Position numbers and translations under genes: made by a program. Below are positions 28,060 through 37,816 of a stretch of 64,000 bases of DNA, piece after piece (within the stretch, counting starts at the first letter, position 1; the number at the start of each line of letters is the position of its first letter). This DNA comes from an uncultured Deferribacteraceae bacterium (GTDB lineage Bacteria > Chrysiogenota > Deferribacteres > CAMZNJ01). The stretch lies in NCBI GenBank assembly GCA_947313825.1, contig CAMZNJ010000055.1, positions 480 to 64,479 on the forward strand. The letters are read 5' to 3'. Under the pieces are notes generated by a model, which did no database searches, was not told the DNA's origin, and saw only the letters and a program-made list of their open reading frames with translations.

Positions 28060-29709
28060 CTACTCCCCTGCGTCAAACACTGGCACAGGCTTGGAGATTA
28101 CATAGAATATTACTAGTGTGGTAGATACCCCCGCAACAAGGGCAACCATCAGAGGAACACCACTCCCAGCCAAACCATAACCAACAATTGTACCAAACCC
28201 TGCCAACAATGCGTACGGAATCTGTGTTTTTACGTGCACAATAACGTCGCAGTTGGAGAAAATGCTGGACATGATAGTTGTATCGGATATGGGGGAGGAG
28301 TGATCCCCAAGTATTGCACCAGCAAAAAGAGCACCAAAGATGAGCGTAACCATGGCAATATCAACAACACCCGCAACCGTTGCCAACGGAATAGCAAGGT
28401 TTGCAACGATGGGCATCAGGATAGCAATGGAGCCGAACGATGTGCCTGTGGAGATGGATATTATTGCTGCCAATATAAATGCTATGATGGGCAGTAGAGC
28501 TATGGGGAGGGAGTCGCCCAAGGTGCTAACAAGGTATTGGGAAAGCTGTAGCTCCGAAATTGCACCACCCAACGTCCATGCAAATATCAGAATAAACACA
28601 CCGATGGACACAGACTTGACCCCCGATGAATACACCACTGCAATACTCTTTGGTGAGCCCAAGCGTTGGGATAGGTAGAATACGACGGTGGAAACACTCG
28701 CAACAAAAGCACCAACAACCATTGCCTTAGACACATCAGCATTCAAAAACGCCTCAAAGGCACCAACAGCACCATAACCACCACTGTAAAACATGTAAGC
28801 GATGGTTGTTGTCATGAATATGCCTAGGGGGATGAAGAAATTTATACCGCGACGGGCACCATCCAAAAGAACGATATTCGTACTCTCGCCATGGCTTTTG
28901 TTCGCCGATTGAGGGTGCAAAACACCTGTCGTCCTAGCCTCTAGCTCAATCTTGTGCATCAAACCCATATCACGACTGGTCGCTAATGCAAAAAACATTA
29001 ACGCAAACGTTACAAATGCGTAAAATATTGCGGGGATGGACATGAGGTACAGCTGAAACGGCTCCACACCGAGGGAATACCCCTCAACTGCACCACTTAT
29101 TTGCCCGATGTAAAAAACTGTCCACGTTGTAAGAACAGCCACCGTTGCCATAGGTGCCGCCGTGGCATCAACGATGTACGCCAACTTCGCCTTGGATACA
29201 CGCAACTTGCCCGTAATGGACGACATTGCCGACCCGATGGCGATGGTGTTGATGTAGTCATCAAAAAATAGCATCAAGCCGTAAAGAGCCGTCAACACAG
29301 AGGACGACCGCGATGTGTGGGCATACTTTAGGGGCATGGAGAACGCACGCTCAATCGAACCGCTGGACGTTATCAAGCCGATAAAACCACCCAAAAGAAG
29401 CACGGAAATAATCAGCCCAAGGTTCCACGGATCACTCACCGAGCTCCAAAACAGGGAGAAAAACATAACAACAACCTGCTTCGTTGCTTCAATAAATTGA
29501 CTAACCATACCCAAGGAGTGGATCTCAGGTTTTCGAAAAACGATTATTATTATTGCCGAAACAATACCAATATTAAGAGCGATTATCATGCGTCTAAAAA
29601 TAACAGCCATCATAATCGTTAAAACCGTCGGAATTAGGGTTATCCACCCGTACCCAAAACCACCAATAGCCACTTCATTCATGGAAGTCTCCCTACTCGC
29701 CCACAACAT
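28060..29709 (-). CDS. nhaC: Na+/H+ antiporter NhaC family
   Basis: A polytopic membrane protein (~12 TM) with NhaC-like sequence throughout. The start is uncertain (M1 or M10). Confidence 0.75.
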   Translation of the reverse strand: MLWASRETSMNEVAIGGFGYGWITLIPTVLTIMMAVIFRRMIIALNIGIVSAIIIIVFRKPEIHSLGMVSQFIEATKQVVVMFFSLFWSSVSDPWNLGLIISVLLLGGFIGLITSSGSIERAFSMPLKYAHTSRSSSVLTALYGLMLFFDDYINTIAIGSAMSSITGKLRVSKAKLAYIVDATAAPMATVAVLTTWTVFYIGQISGAVEGYSLGVEPFQLYLMSIPAIFYAFVTFALMFFALATSRDMGLMHKIELEARTTGVLHPQSANKSHGESTNIVLLDGARRGINFFIPLGIFMTTTIAYMFYSGGYGAVGAFEAFLNADVSKAMVVGAFVASVSTVVFYLSQRLGSPKSIAVVYSSGVKSVSIGVFILIFAWTLGGAISELQLSQYLVSTLGDSLPIALLPIIAFILAAIISISTGTSFGSIAILMPIVANLAIPLATVAGVVDIAMVTLIFGALFAGAILGDHSSPISDTTIMSSIFSNCDVIVHVKTQIPYALLAGFGTIVGYGLAGSGVPLMVALVAGVSTTLVIFYVISKPVPVFDAGE

Positions 29710-30035
29710 AACCTGAGCGAATTTTGTTATATTTTTACGCTGGCAACCGATTGCTGCACCGGTAGTAAGTTATAAGACCTACTATTTTACCACAACCGGC
29801 TAGCTAAGTCAATAACTAAATGTCAAGGGTAAAAACTTGTAGCTTACTTGCCAAATATGAACTAGAATACTGTACAATTGTTCATAGTTTTTGTAAAATA
29901 AACAGCTAATTGCAGACTTACAACAACTACCAACAACTTACAACGTCCTCGCAACGGACTACTGCAGTACTAACATACGAAATACGGAAATACGGAAATA
30001 CTATTGCCATGTTTTAATAAAGGAGTACAGGCACT

Positions 30036-31013
30036 ATGATTTTCATGGGCACACCCGAAACAGCAGCATACACCCTAGAATTACTAGTCAAATCTGGATT
30101 CAACATACGCCTAGTGGTTACAGCACCAGACAAACCCGCAGGACGTGGACACAAAACAACACCACCACCAACCAAAACCATGGCAACAAATCTAGGTATC
30201 AAAGTTGTACAACCGAAATCCGTACAAGACGACAGCTTCATCCAACTGCTTGAAAGCTACAAACCTACTTTCATCATTGTTATTGCGTACGGGAAAATAC
30301 TCCCCCAAAAAGTGCTCGATGTTCCCACAAAAGCTTGCATCAACGTGCACTACTCCCTACTCCCAAAACACCGCGGGGCATCACCCGTCCATAGTTCCAT
30401 CCTGTGCGGAGACAAACAAACTGGCGTAACAACAATGCTCATGAGCCTAGGGATGGACGAAGGCGACATACTCCAACAACGAGCTATGGACGTCGGAAAC
30501 CACACCACGGCAACCCTACTGGAAGAACTCACACTCTTAGGTGGTCGTGTCATTGTCGAAACCATGAAAAATTTTGACGCAATACTCCCAAAACCACAAG
30601 ACAATACGCAAGCAACTTACACATCAATAATACAAAAAACTGACGGCAAAATCCACTGGGAAATGGACGCTCACACCATCGAAAGAATGGTCAGAGGATA
30701 CGCACCTTGGCCTTCAGCCTACACAACTCTTGACTCCAAAATATTCAAAATCACAACAGCAAACGTAATCAACAACAAACAACTACTCGAAGCAGGAATC
30801 AATACCGAAACACTGCCACAAACCCAACCATGTGGCACCATCCTACACGCTTCTGCCAAAGCAGGACTCATCATTCTATGCGGAAACAACACCATGCTAC
30901 AGGTGCACAACGCTCAACTCGAAGGGAAAAGAAACATGCCCGTGAAGGACATTCTCAACGGAAAAACAGACCTTGCACAACAAATACTAGGGGGGAACAA
31001 TGACGCAACCTAA
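30036..31013 (+). CDS. fmt: Methionyl-tRNA formyltransferase
   Basis: MIFMGTPE... with formyltransferase motifs NVHYSLLPKHRGASP. AAGGAG ribosome-binding site. Confidence 0.85.
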   Translation: MIFMGTPETAAYTLELLVKSGFNIRLVVTAPDKPAGRGHKTTPPPTKTMATNLGIKVVQPKSVQDDSFIQLLESYKPTFIIVIAYGKILPQKVLDVPTKACINVHYSLLPKHRGASPVHSSILCGDKQTGVTTMLMSLGMDEGDILQQRAMDVGNHTTATLLEELTLLGGRVIVETMKNFDAILPKPQDNTQATYTSIIQKTDGKIHWEMDAHTIERMVRGYAPWPSAYTTLDSKIFKITTANVINNKQLLEAGINTETLPQTQPCGTILHASAKAGLIILCGNNTMLQVHNAQLEGKRNMPVKDILNGKTDLAQQILGGNNDAT

Positions 31014-31668
31014 CAACAAACACACCATCGTTGCACCATCGTTGCTAAGTGCAGACTTTGCACAAGCAGGGCAACAGGTCAAAGACCTACAAAACGCCGG
31101 TGCAACACACCTACATCTGGACGTTATGGACGGATCATTCGTGCCCGACATAACTTTCGGACACAAACTCATCGCAGATATTGCCAAAAACACAACCCTA
31201 ACACTCGACACACACCTAATGGTGGACAACCCCTACCATATGCTGGAAAATTTCGCACTAGCAGGATCGGACATCATCACTGTGCACGCCGAAGCAAGGG
31301 GAATAACACACCTACATCGCACAATAATGAAAATCAGGGAACTAGGGAAAAAAGCAGGCATCGCTCTCAACCCCGCAACACACGAATCAACCATCGAATA
31401 CCTAATGCCACACCTAGACCTAATACTCATCATGACGGTAAACCCTGGGTACGGTGGACAAAAATTCATACCCGAAATGATGGACAAAGTGAGGAATGTG
31501 AGCAACATGATAGGCTCGCGAAACATACTCCTAGAGGTGGACGGCGGCGTCAATGCAAACAACGCAACCGACCTGCGTAACGCTGGGGCAAACATGCTCG
31601 TTGCTGGCAATTACGTGTTCAGTGGCGACTACCGACAGCGGATTGCGTCCCTCATGGGAGAAGCGTAA
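31000..31668 (+). CDS. rpe: Ribulose-phosphate 3-epimerase
   Basis: Motifs HLDVMDG and VDGG are present. The gene overlaps fmt by 14 nt. Confidence 0.9.
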   Translation: MTQPNNKHTIVAPSLLSADFAQAGQQVKDLQNAGATHLHLDVMDGSFVPDITFGHKLIADIAKNTTLTLDTHLMVDNPYHMLENFALAGSDIITVHAEARGITHLHRTIMKIRELGKKAGIALNPATHESTIEYLMPHLDLILIMTVNPGYGGQKFIPEMMDKVRNVSNMIGSRNILLEVDGGVNANNATDLRNAGANMLVAGNYVFSGDYRQRIASLMGEA

Positions 31669-31680
31669 CACGCAACACAC

Positions 31681-31832
31681 GGTCGGCGGTCGGCGGTCGT
31701 GGTCGGCAGTCGTGGTCGGCGGTCGTGGTCGGCGGTCGTGGTTGGCGGTCGGCGGTCGTGGTCGGCGGTCGTGGTCGGCGGTCGTGGTCGGCGGTCGTGG
31801 TCGGCAGTCGGCGGTCGTGGTCGGCGGTCGGC
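31681..31832. repeat. 13-nt tandem repeat (GGTCGGCGGTCGT/GGTCGGCAGTCGT, ~12 copies) in the rpe/gmhB convergent junction
   Basis: Read directly. ORFs 31531..31948 and others inside it are taken as artefacts. Confidence 0.85.
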
Positions 31833-31866
31833 AACAAGAACACACGGAACACACGCAACCCGCGAG

Positions 31867-32466
31867 CTATCGTATGTGTAGCACCCCGTCGTTCACACCT
31901 GCAAGTAGCTGTCTCATGGTGGCAAAGTGGTGGGTAGCCTCGTCGCACCCGTCAACGCCAATTTTCACACGCGTGCCAACGCCAGCAGTAAGCCCAGCCT
32001 CAATGTCCCTATTTGAGTCGCCAACAATCACCGACTTTGCCACTGAGATACCTAGCTGTGCGGCACTCTCCAGTATCATACCAGGATTAGGCTTGCGACA
32101 TGGTTGCGTTGCGTCTAGATAGGGGCAGTGGTATACGTTTTCCTGAGGTATGTGTATTCCGTTTCGCTCGAATATACCAAGCATATGTTTTGTTATGTTT
32201 TGGAAGTCTTCTTCTGAGAAGTACCCCCTTTCGATGCCCGACTGATTTGTTACGATTACGATGGTGTAGTTTTTGTCCAGAAATCTTTTACATATGGGGA
32301 ATATTTCGGGGTAGCAGAAGAAGTCTTCTATTCGGTGGACGTAACCGTGATCCACGTTGATTATGCCGTCTCTGTCGAGGAACAGCCCTTTTTTGCCCAC
32401 AGCTGTTCCTATGGCGTTAGTGGCGTCTTTGCGTTTGCTCCACCTGTCTTTATATTTTTGTATCAA
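31867..32466 (-). CDS. gmhB: D-glycero-D-manno-heptose 1,7-bisphosphate phosphatase (HAD-IIIA)
   Basis: FLDRDGIIN and CxCRKPNPGM motifs. The gene is tail-to-head with phoU, overlapping it by 17 nt. Confidence 0.75.
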   Translation of the reverse strand: MIQKYKDRWSKRKDATNAIGTAVGKKGLFLDRDGIINVDHGYVHRIEDFFCYPEIFPICKRFLDKNYTIVIVTNQSGIERGYFSEEDFQNITKHMLGIFERNGIHIPQENVYHCPYLDATQPCRKPNPGMILESAAQLGISVAKSVIVGDSNRDIEAGLTAGVGTRVKIGVDGCDEATHHFATMRQLLAGVNDGVLHIR

Positions 32467-33124
32467 GTTTGCGTCCTGTAATTGCGTAGTAGGTTAGGTC
32501 GGCCATGTTGACACAGTGGTCGGCGATGCGTTCTAGTCGTGAGGAGGAGCTAATCATGAAGAAGGCGAAGTCTTGGTAGTCGGTCAGTGTTTTTTTGACC
32601 CCTTCAGCTGTGAGGCTAGTGAATGCGTCTTGTATGAGCATTTTTCGCAGATTGTCCATTTCGTCGTCCATTGTTATGACCTGTTGTGCGAGTTTTGGTG
32701 TCCAATCCACGAACGATTCGATTACGAGCTCCAGCATATTGACTGATGTTTCGCTCATTTTGATGATGGCATTTTTCTGTATGCTGCTGAATGGTACTTC
32801 CACGTCCATCATTCTTTGGTAGAATTTGCGACAGTGCTCACCGATACGAATCAGGTCGAGTGTCATCTGCATCATTGCGATAATCGCCCTTAGGTCTGAG
32901 GCTTTCGGCTCAAATTTTGCGATGATGAAGATGGCGTCTGTTGTGAGGTGGTCTCCTATTGCCGATACGTTGCTGGACATTTTGCGTATTTCGCGGTAAC
33001 GCTTGTACTTGTTTGTTTCCATGTCATTGGAGATAATTTGTAGCATTTGCGTGCTTACTGTTACCATCTCTTTTAGGTCGTGTTCTAGTATAGTTAAATT
33101 TTCCCTTAGCAATTTATAAACCAT
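32450..33124 (-). CDS. phoU: Phosphate transport system regulator PhoU
   Basis: A two-repeat PhoU-fold protein immediately downstream of pstB. Confidence 0.85.
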   Translation of the reverse strand: MVYKLLRENLTILEHDLKEMVTVSTQMLQIISNDMETNKYKRYREIRKMSSNVSAIGDHLTTDAIFIIAKFEPKASDLRAIIAMMQMTLDLIRIGEHCRKFYQRMMDVEVPFSSIQKNAIIKMSETSVNMLELVIESFVDWTPKLAQQVITMDDEMDNLRKMLIQDAFTSLTAEGVKKTLTDYQDFAFFMISSSSRLERIADHCVNMADLTYYAITGRKLDTKI

Positions 33125-33173
33125 TACCCCTTCCTTTGAGCAAGCTACATTTGTGTTACGCCATTTTGCTTGC

Positions 33174-33202
33174 TGCGTTTGTGGCGTTTGTGGCGTTTGT
33201 GG
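33174..33202. repeat. Short tandem repeat (GCGTTTGTG x3) in the pstB-phoU spacer
   Basis: Read directly from the sequence. Confidence 0.8.
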
Positions 33203-33204
33203 CT

Positions 33205-33987
33205 TTACCCGAACATGCCACGAACGTATCTTTCGGTCATTTCTTCTTGTGGTTGTGTGAATAGTTTGTCGGTGCCACCGTATTCGATGAGTTCCCCTAG
33301 GTACATGAACGCCGTGTAGTCTGAGAGTCTTGCTGCTTGGTGCATGTTGTGGGTAACCATCACGATACTTACCTTTTCTTTGAGTTCTACGACGAGTTCT
33401 TCGATTTTGTTTGTTGCGATGGGATCCAGTGCTGATGTTGGTTCGTCGAGGAGTAGTATTTCGGGTTCGACGGCTAGTGCACGAGCGATAACGAGTCGTT
33501 GTTGTTGTCCACCTGAGAGTCCCATGGCACTGTGTTTGAGTCGTTCTTCCACTTCGTTCCAGAGTGCGGCGTCTTTGAGTGCTTTTTCCACTCGGTCAGC
33601 TATTTCTCTTCTGTTTCGTAATCCGCCGAGTCTGAGTCCGTAAGCGATGTTGTCGAATATGCTCATGGGGAATGGTGTTGGTCGTTGGAAAACCATCCCT
33701 AATCGGCTACGTAACTTGATGAGGTCTTCCTCTTTGAGTAGGTTTTCGCCGTTGTGAATAATCTCCCCTTCGTACCTGTTACCGGGGTAGAGGTCGTGCA
33801 TGCGGTTGAAGGTTCGTAAGAATGTGGTTTTCCCGCACCCTGAGGGTCCGATTAGTGCTGTTACGCGACCTTCGTATATATCCATTGTAACATTTTTTAA
33901 TACTTGTGTGTTGCCGTAAAAGAAGTTCAGCCCCCGAACGGAAAGGATAGTAGTCTCTTCGGCACTCCTCACTCTACCTATTGCCAT
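33205..33987 (-). CDS. pstB: Phosphate ABC transporter ATP-binding protein
   Basis: Walker [10 protein letters not shown] and signature LSGGQQQR. The start is chosen at M14 of the listed ORF to limit the overlap with pstA. Confidence 0.9.
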   Translation of the reverse strand: MAIGRVRSAEETTILSVRGLNFFYGNTQVLKNVTMDIYEGRVTALIGPSGCGKTTFLRTFNRMHDLYPGNRYEGEIIHNGENLLKEEDLIKLRSRLGMVFQRPTPFPMSIFDNIAYGLRLGGLRNRREIADRVEKALKDAALWNEVEERLKHSAMGLSGGQQQRLVIARALAVEPEILLLDEPTSALDPIATNKIEELVVELKEKVSIVMVTHNMHQAARLSDYTAFMYLGELIEYGGTDKLFTQPQEEMTERYVRGMFG

Positions 33988-34852
33988 CGTTACCATACCT
34001 CCAAGATACCAAGAGCCTGCTGACAATATTAATAAAAAGCACGAATGCCGTAATAATAAATGCCCCTGCCCATGCTAAGGATTGCCAATTTTCATAAGGC
34101 GAGCCTGCATAGTTAAATATTGTAACTGTGAGGGACGCCATGGGTTCTGTTAAGTCTGTTGTAAAATAGTTGTTGTTGAATGATGTGAAGAGTAGTGGTG
34201 CTGTTTCCCCTGCAACTCTGCCTATGGCCAAAATTACACCGGTGATGATTCCGCTAGCTGCTGAGCGGTAAACAATGGAGAAGATTACCTTGTAGTAAGG
34301 GGCACCAAGGGCAAAACCTGCCTCACGAAGCTCCTTGGGTACAAGGTTCATCATGTCTTCGGTAATACGCAAAACAACGGGGAACATGATAATTGCCAAC
34401 GCGAGGGAGCCTGCAAGGGCACTGTAGGTGCCGAAAGGAACAACAGCAATGGCGTAAACAAATGTGCCGATAACGATGGAGGGGATACTCAGCATCATGT
34501 CTGAAAAAATTGTTATGAAGGTTTTAATGCGTGAATTTTTGCCGTACTCAGCCAGAAATGTGCCCGCAAGGATACCCAACGGAATACCGAGAAGAATCGC
34601 CAACGCCGTAATGATTAGGTGCCCAACAATGGCAAAACGCAAACCACCAAGCTCAGGCATAAATGGAGGAACCTGATCTTGAGTGAATATCATGGGGCTA
34701 AGTGCGGCGATACCATTGATAAACACATCAACGGTAATAAATGCCAAAAATGCAATACCGATAATGGCAAAAACACTAAAGACAAACATCCATAATGCAC
34801 TTTTCAACTTGCGATAAGAGTATGTATTCACTGCTTCAACCCTCCCTGCCAC
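33974..34852 (-). CDS. pstA: Phosphate ABC transporter permease PstA
   Basis: An ABC type-I permease with the EAAxxLGA-type motif ([10 protein letters not shown]). Confidence 0.85.
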   Translation of the reverse strand: MAGRVEAVNTYSYRKLKSALWMFVFSVFAIIGIAFLAFITVDVFINGIAALSPMIFTQDQVPPFMPELGGLRFAIVGHLIITALAILLGIPLGILAGTFLAEYGKNSRIKTFITIFSDMMLSIPSIVIGTFVYAIAVVPFGTYSALAGSLALAIIMFPVVLRITEDMMNLVPKELREAGFALGAPYYKVIFSIVYRSAASGIITGVILAIGRVAGETAPLLFTSFNNNYFTTDLTEPMASLTVTIFNYAGSPYENWQSLAWAGAFIITAFVLFINIVSRLLVSWRYGNDGNR

Positions 34853-34890
34853 AAACTAATGTGGGAAAATAACACCAAATATAATCAATA

Positions 34891-35886
34891 TTATGAAAAC
34901 CTATTGGCACGTTTGTGAATGTAGTACTTAAACAGAGCCAAAATTATGAAATTGGCCATGAAAAGAATGGTCGCAAGGAAAAATAAGGACGATCGGTGCA
35001 AGCCATCACTTTCGTTAAACTCGTTGGCCAAAACAGAAGTAATGGTGGAGTACGGCGAATACAATGTTTGCAAAGCCGCGTAGCTATTGCCGATGATAAA
35101 CGCGACGGCCATGGTTTCACCCAAGGCACGACCTAACGCAACAATTATGCTACCCATGATACTTATGCTACTGTAAGGGATCATAACATCACGAACAACC
35201 TCCCACCTTGTGGCACCTAGCCCGTAAGCCGATTCTTTGATGACGCGGGGAACACGGGCAAACGTTTCAACAGCAACCATGGTAATAAAAGGCAAAACCA
35301 TAATCGCAAGGATAATCCCTGCCGTCAGGATATTAACACCACTAGTGTTGACACAGGGGTCGGCACCACCGCAATCTACAGAGAAAAAATGACCAACAAA
35401 TGGCAACCAAGAAAGTGTGAAATCTAGGAATGGCTCAATAAACTTGTTGGAAAAACTGGAAAAAGTGAACAAAGCCCACATACCGTAGATAATGGAGGGG
35501 ATGGCCGCCAAAAGCTCTATGGTTGTGGTGATAGGACGCTTTAACGCTTTGGGGCATACTTCAACAATGAAAATCGCAATACCGATACCGAAGGGAACGG
35601 CGATGACTATGGCGATGATGGTGGTGATGAGGGTTCCCATGAGGGGGCGAAATGCACCGTAAATACCCTGAGACGGTGCCCACACTGTACCAAAAATAAA
35701 GTCGATGAAGCCTATTCCACCAATGGCCTCTCTGGAGTAATACAGCAGGGTAAAGAATATGGAAAAAATAAGCACAAGGCTCAGCAAAGCACTAACGAAA
35801 CTGATGGACTTAAAAGCACGATCAAATGTTTTAACCACAAAGATTCCCTCTACGAATGAGTAACTCAATAATCTCGAAACGCTCAC
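34891..35886 (-). CDS. pstC: Phosphate ABC transporter permease PstC
   Basis: A permease with ESAYGLGATRWE. Its position upstream of pstA-pstB-phoU fits. Confidence 0.85.
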   Translation of the reverse strand: MSVSRLLSYSFVEGIFVVKTFDRAFKSISFVSALLSLVLIFSIFFTLLYYSREAIGGIGFIDFIFGTVWAPSQGIYGAFRPLMGTLITTIIAIVIAVPFGIGIAIFIVEVCPKALKRPITTTIELLAAIPSIIYGMWALFTFSSFSNKFIEPFLDFTLSWLPFVGHFFSVDCGGADPCVNTSGVNILTAGIILAIMVLPFITMVAVETFARVPRVIKESAYGLGATRWEVVRDVMIPYSSISIMGSIIVALGRALGETMAVAFIIGNSYAALQTLYSPYSTITSVLANEFNESDGLHRSSLFFLATILFMANFIILALFKYYIHKRANRFS

Positions 35887-36012
35887 TCTGACATCTAATA
35901 CCTAATATCAATATCGCTCAATATTAGTTGCCCGCATGGCAAACACTCAACGAAGACAAGCAATAACGATGCCATCACAAAAACTAATCGCCGTTAGTCT
36001 AAAGGTTTAATT

Positions 36013-37761
36013 TCAGTTTGTAAACACCTTTTTTAAAACGAACCCCCTTACCCAAAGAAACACACCTAAAAATAAGGGGAAAGCTAGCCACCAGTAGCGT
36101 ATTTTGGCAAACAGGGGTATCGCCTCACTAGTCTGAAAATTCTGCTGTATAAATGCTACACCATCCGTTTCACTACCCTCGTAAGCCCCACTAGGACGGA
36201 TTACTGTGGTGATACCCGTTTGACCTGAACGCAAAATATATTTACGCGACTCAACAGCGCGCATAACATGCATGGCAAGGTGTTGCTCCTTGGCACGATC
36301 AGACTTGAACCAGTCGTCGTTACCCATAATGGCGACCACATTGAAGCTGTCCGGCTGATAGCGAGTAATAGCACTGCTAAACGACGCCTCCATGCATAAA
36401 AGTGGTAAGATGCGGAACTTATTTGCGATGTTAATTGCACCTATCTGCTCCCCTGACGAATACCCCTCCCCCGAATCAAACCCGTAAAACAGGCTGTAAA
36501 CAGGCTTTAACAACGAGTACAACGGGAGGTATTCCCCCAGCAGAACAAGCCTATTTTTGTCGTACAAGGTGTATTTCTCGTAAACACTGCGATGGGCATA
36601 AACCGACGTAAAGCTTTTCGTCGCAACCCTTCTTGTGAAGTAAGATTTCTCTGTGGCGTTGGAGGACAGATCGGTAACAGAGCCGTTGGCAGGACGGTTG
36701 TAGATTACGCCAAGGAGCACAGGCGTTGTGGGGAAATAGGTGTTCAGGAGCACCTCAATCTCCTCTACTCCGTTCATGTTTTGGGGGTACACCGATTCCG
36801 GGAAAACAACAATGTCGGGGTTCGTTTGAGTTGCGATGCGAGCCGCCTCACGAATAACATCACCAACGTACGACATCACTTCCACATGACGTCGAACGCT
36901 CCACTTGTATCGCTGATCCAGACCGGTTTGCACTAGTAGAACGGAGTATTCGTCAGCACCACCAGCAACACCAACATTATCAGCAACACCAACACCAGCC
37001 CACGAATACCCGTCGTAATAGCTTGGCAGATCCGTATGCAACTGTGAAGCACCACTCACACCGACAGAACCATACTCATACGGAGCATAATAAAGGTTAG
37101 GCAAGAGCAACCCCGCAAGCCCCAAGGCAACATAGACAAGGTTGCGACGCGAATACACGATGGCACGATAAACCCCAAGGCTGACCGTTATCACCAGAAC
37201 CGAAAGCCCTATCTCCCCGTAAAAGGATGCACCCTGAATAAGTGCCAACTCACCATGGAGCATGACACCAACGTTGCCGAACGGGTAACCGGTTAGGAGA
37301 ACCCCCTTGAGGAGCTCCACGCCGCCGACAAAACTACCCACCAGTAAGGGGGATTTAACGCGAGAATAAAACAAGGCTATTAATGCGTAATAAAATGCTA
37401 AACCGAAAAGTACAACATACACCACAAGACCAACCATGGCGGGTAATCCGTATTGGTAAGCAGTGTTGTAGAGCCACATGGAGTTGACAAAAAAGTAGGC
37501 AAACCCAAAAATGTACCCCTTGGTGAAGGTGGAGAGGGATCGAACATTGTCCCATGCCCAAAACATGGGGATGAACGCCACAAAGGCGAAGTACGGTGTT
37601 GGCGAAATACCGGGGGTGCCTAACCCAGCGAATACCCCCGCCAAGACGAGAGCCACGACACCTACTCGTTTGCTTGTTATGTCCACGAGGAGGGTATTTC
37701 TACCACTATTCACGCCATCGCGGGCACCACGGGTGCGGGCACGCCTATTCATATCAGCCAT
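36013..37761 (-). CDS. lnt: Apolipoprotein N-acyltransferase
   Basis: An N-terminal polytopic membrane domain is followed by a C-terminal CN-hydrolase domain. The protein is 582 aa. Confidence 0.75.
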   Translation of the reverse strand: MADMNRRARTRGARDGVNSGRNTLLVDITSKRVGVVALVLAGVFAGLGTPGISPTPYFAFVAFIPMFWAWDNVRSLSTFTKGYIFGFAYFFVNSMWLYNTAYQYGLPAMVGLVVYVVLFGLAFYYALIALFYSRVKSPLLVGSFVGGVELLKGVLLTGYPFGNVGVMLHGELALIQGASFYGEIGLSVLVITVSLGVYRAIVYSRRNLVYVALGLAGLLLPNLYYAPYEYGSVGVSGASQLHTDLPSYYDGYSWAGVGVADNVGVAGGADEYSVLLVQTGLDQRYKWSVRRHVEVMSYVGDVIREAARIATQTNPDIVVFPESVYPQNMNGVEEIEVLLNTYFPTTPVLLGVIYNRPANGSVTDLSSNATEKSYFTRRVATKSFTSVYAHRSVYEKYTLYDKNRLVLLGEYLPLYSLLKPVYSLFYGFDSGEGYSSGEQIGAINIANKFRILPLLCMEASFSSAITRYQPDSFNVVAIMGNDDWFKSDRAKEQHLAMHVMRAVESRKYILRSGQTGITTVIRPSGAYEGSETDGVAFIQQNFQTSEAIPLFAKIRYWWLAFPLFLGVFLWVRGFVLKKVFTN

Positions 37762-37816
37762 TCGAAGACACTCCTAGTACAAACACAACGGGGCTCAAGC
37801 ATTGTTATTCGTATGT

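Noticed and set aside
31681-31832. G-quadruplex-forming potential of the G-rich arrays
   Set aside because: The units contain only GG dinucleotides and no runs of three or more G, so canonical G4 structures are unlikely. Alternating purine/pyrimidine (Z-DNA-type) tracts are a better fit for the 21591 and 59298 arrays.
31531-32122. ORFs 31531..31854, 31553..32122, 31652..31948, 31699..31881 and 31725..31937 (Arg/Gly/Val- or Pro/Thr-rich)
   Set aside because: These are repeat-array artefacts. They overlap the well-supported rpe and gmhB genes.
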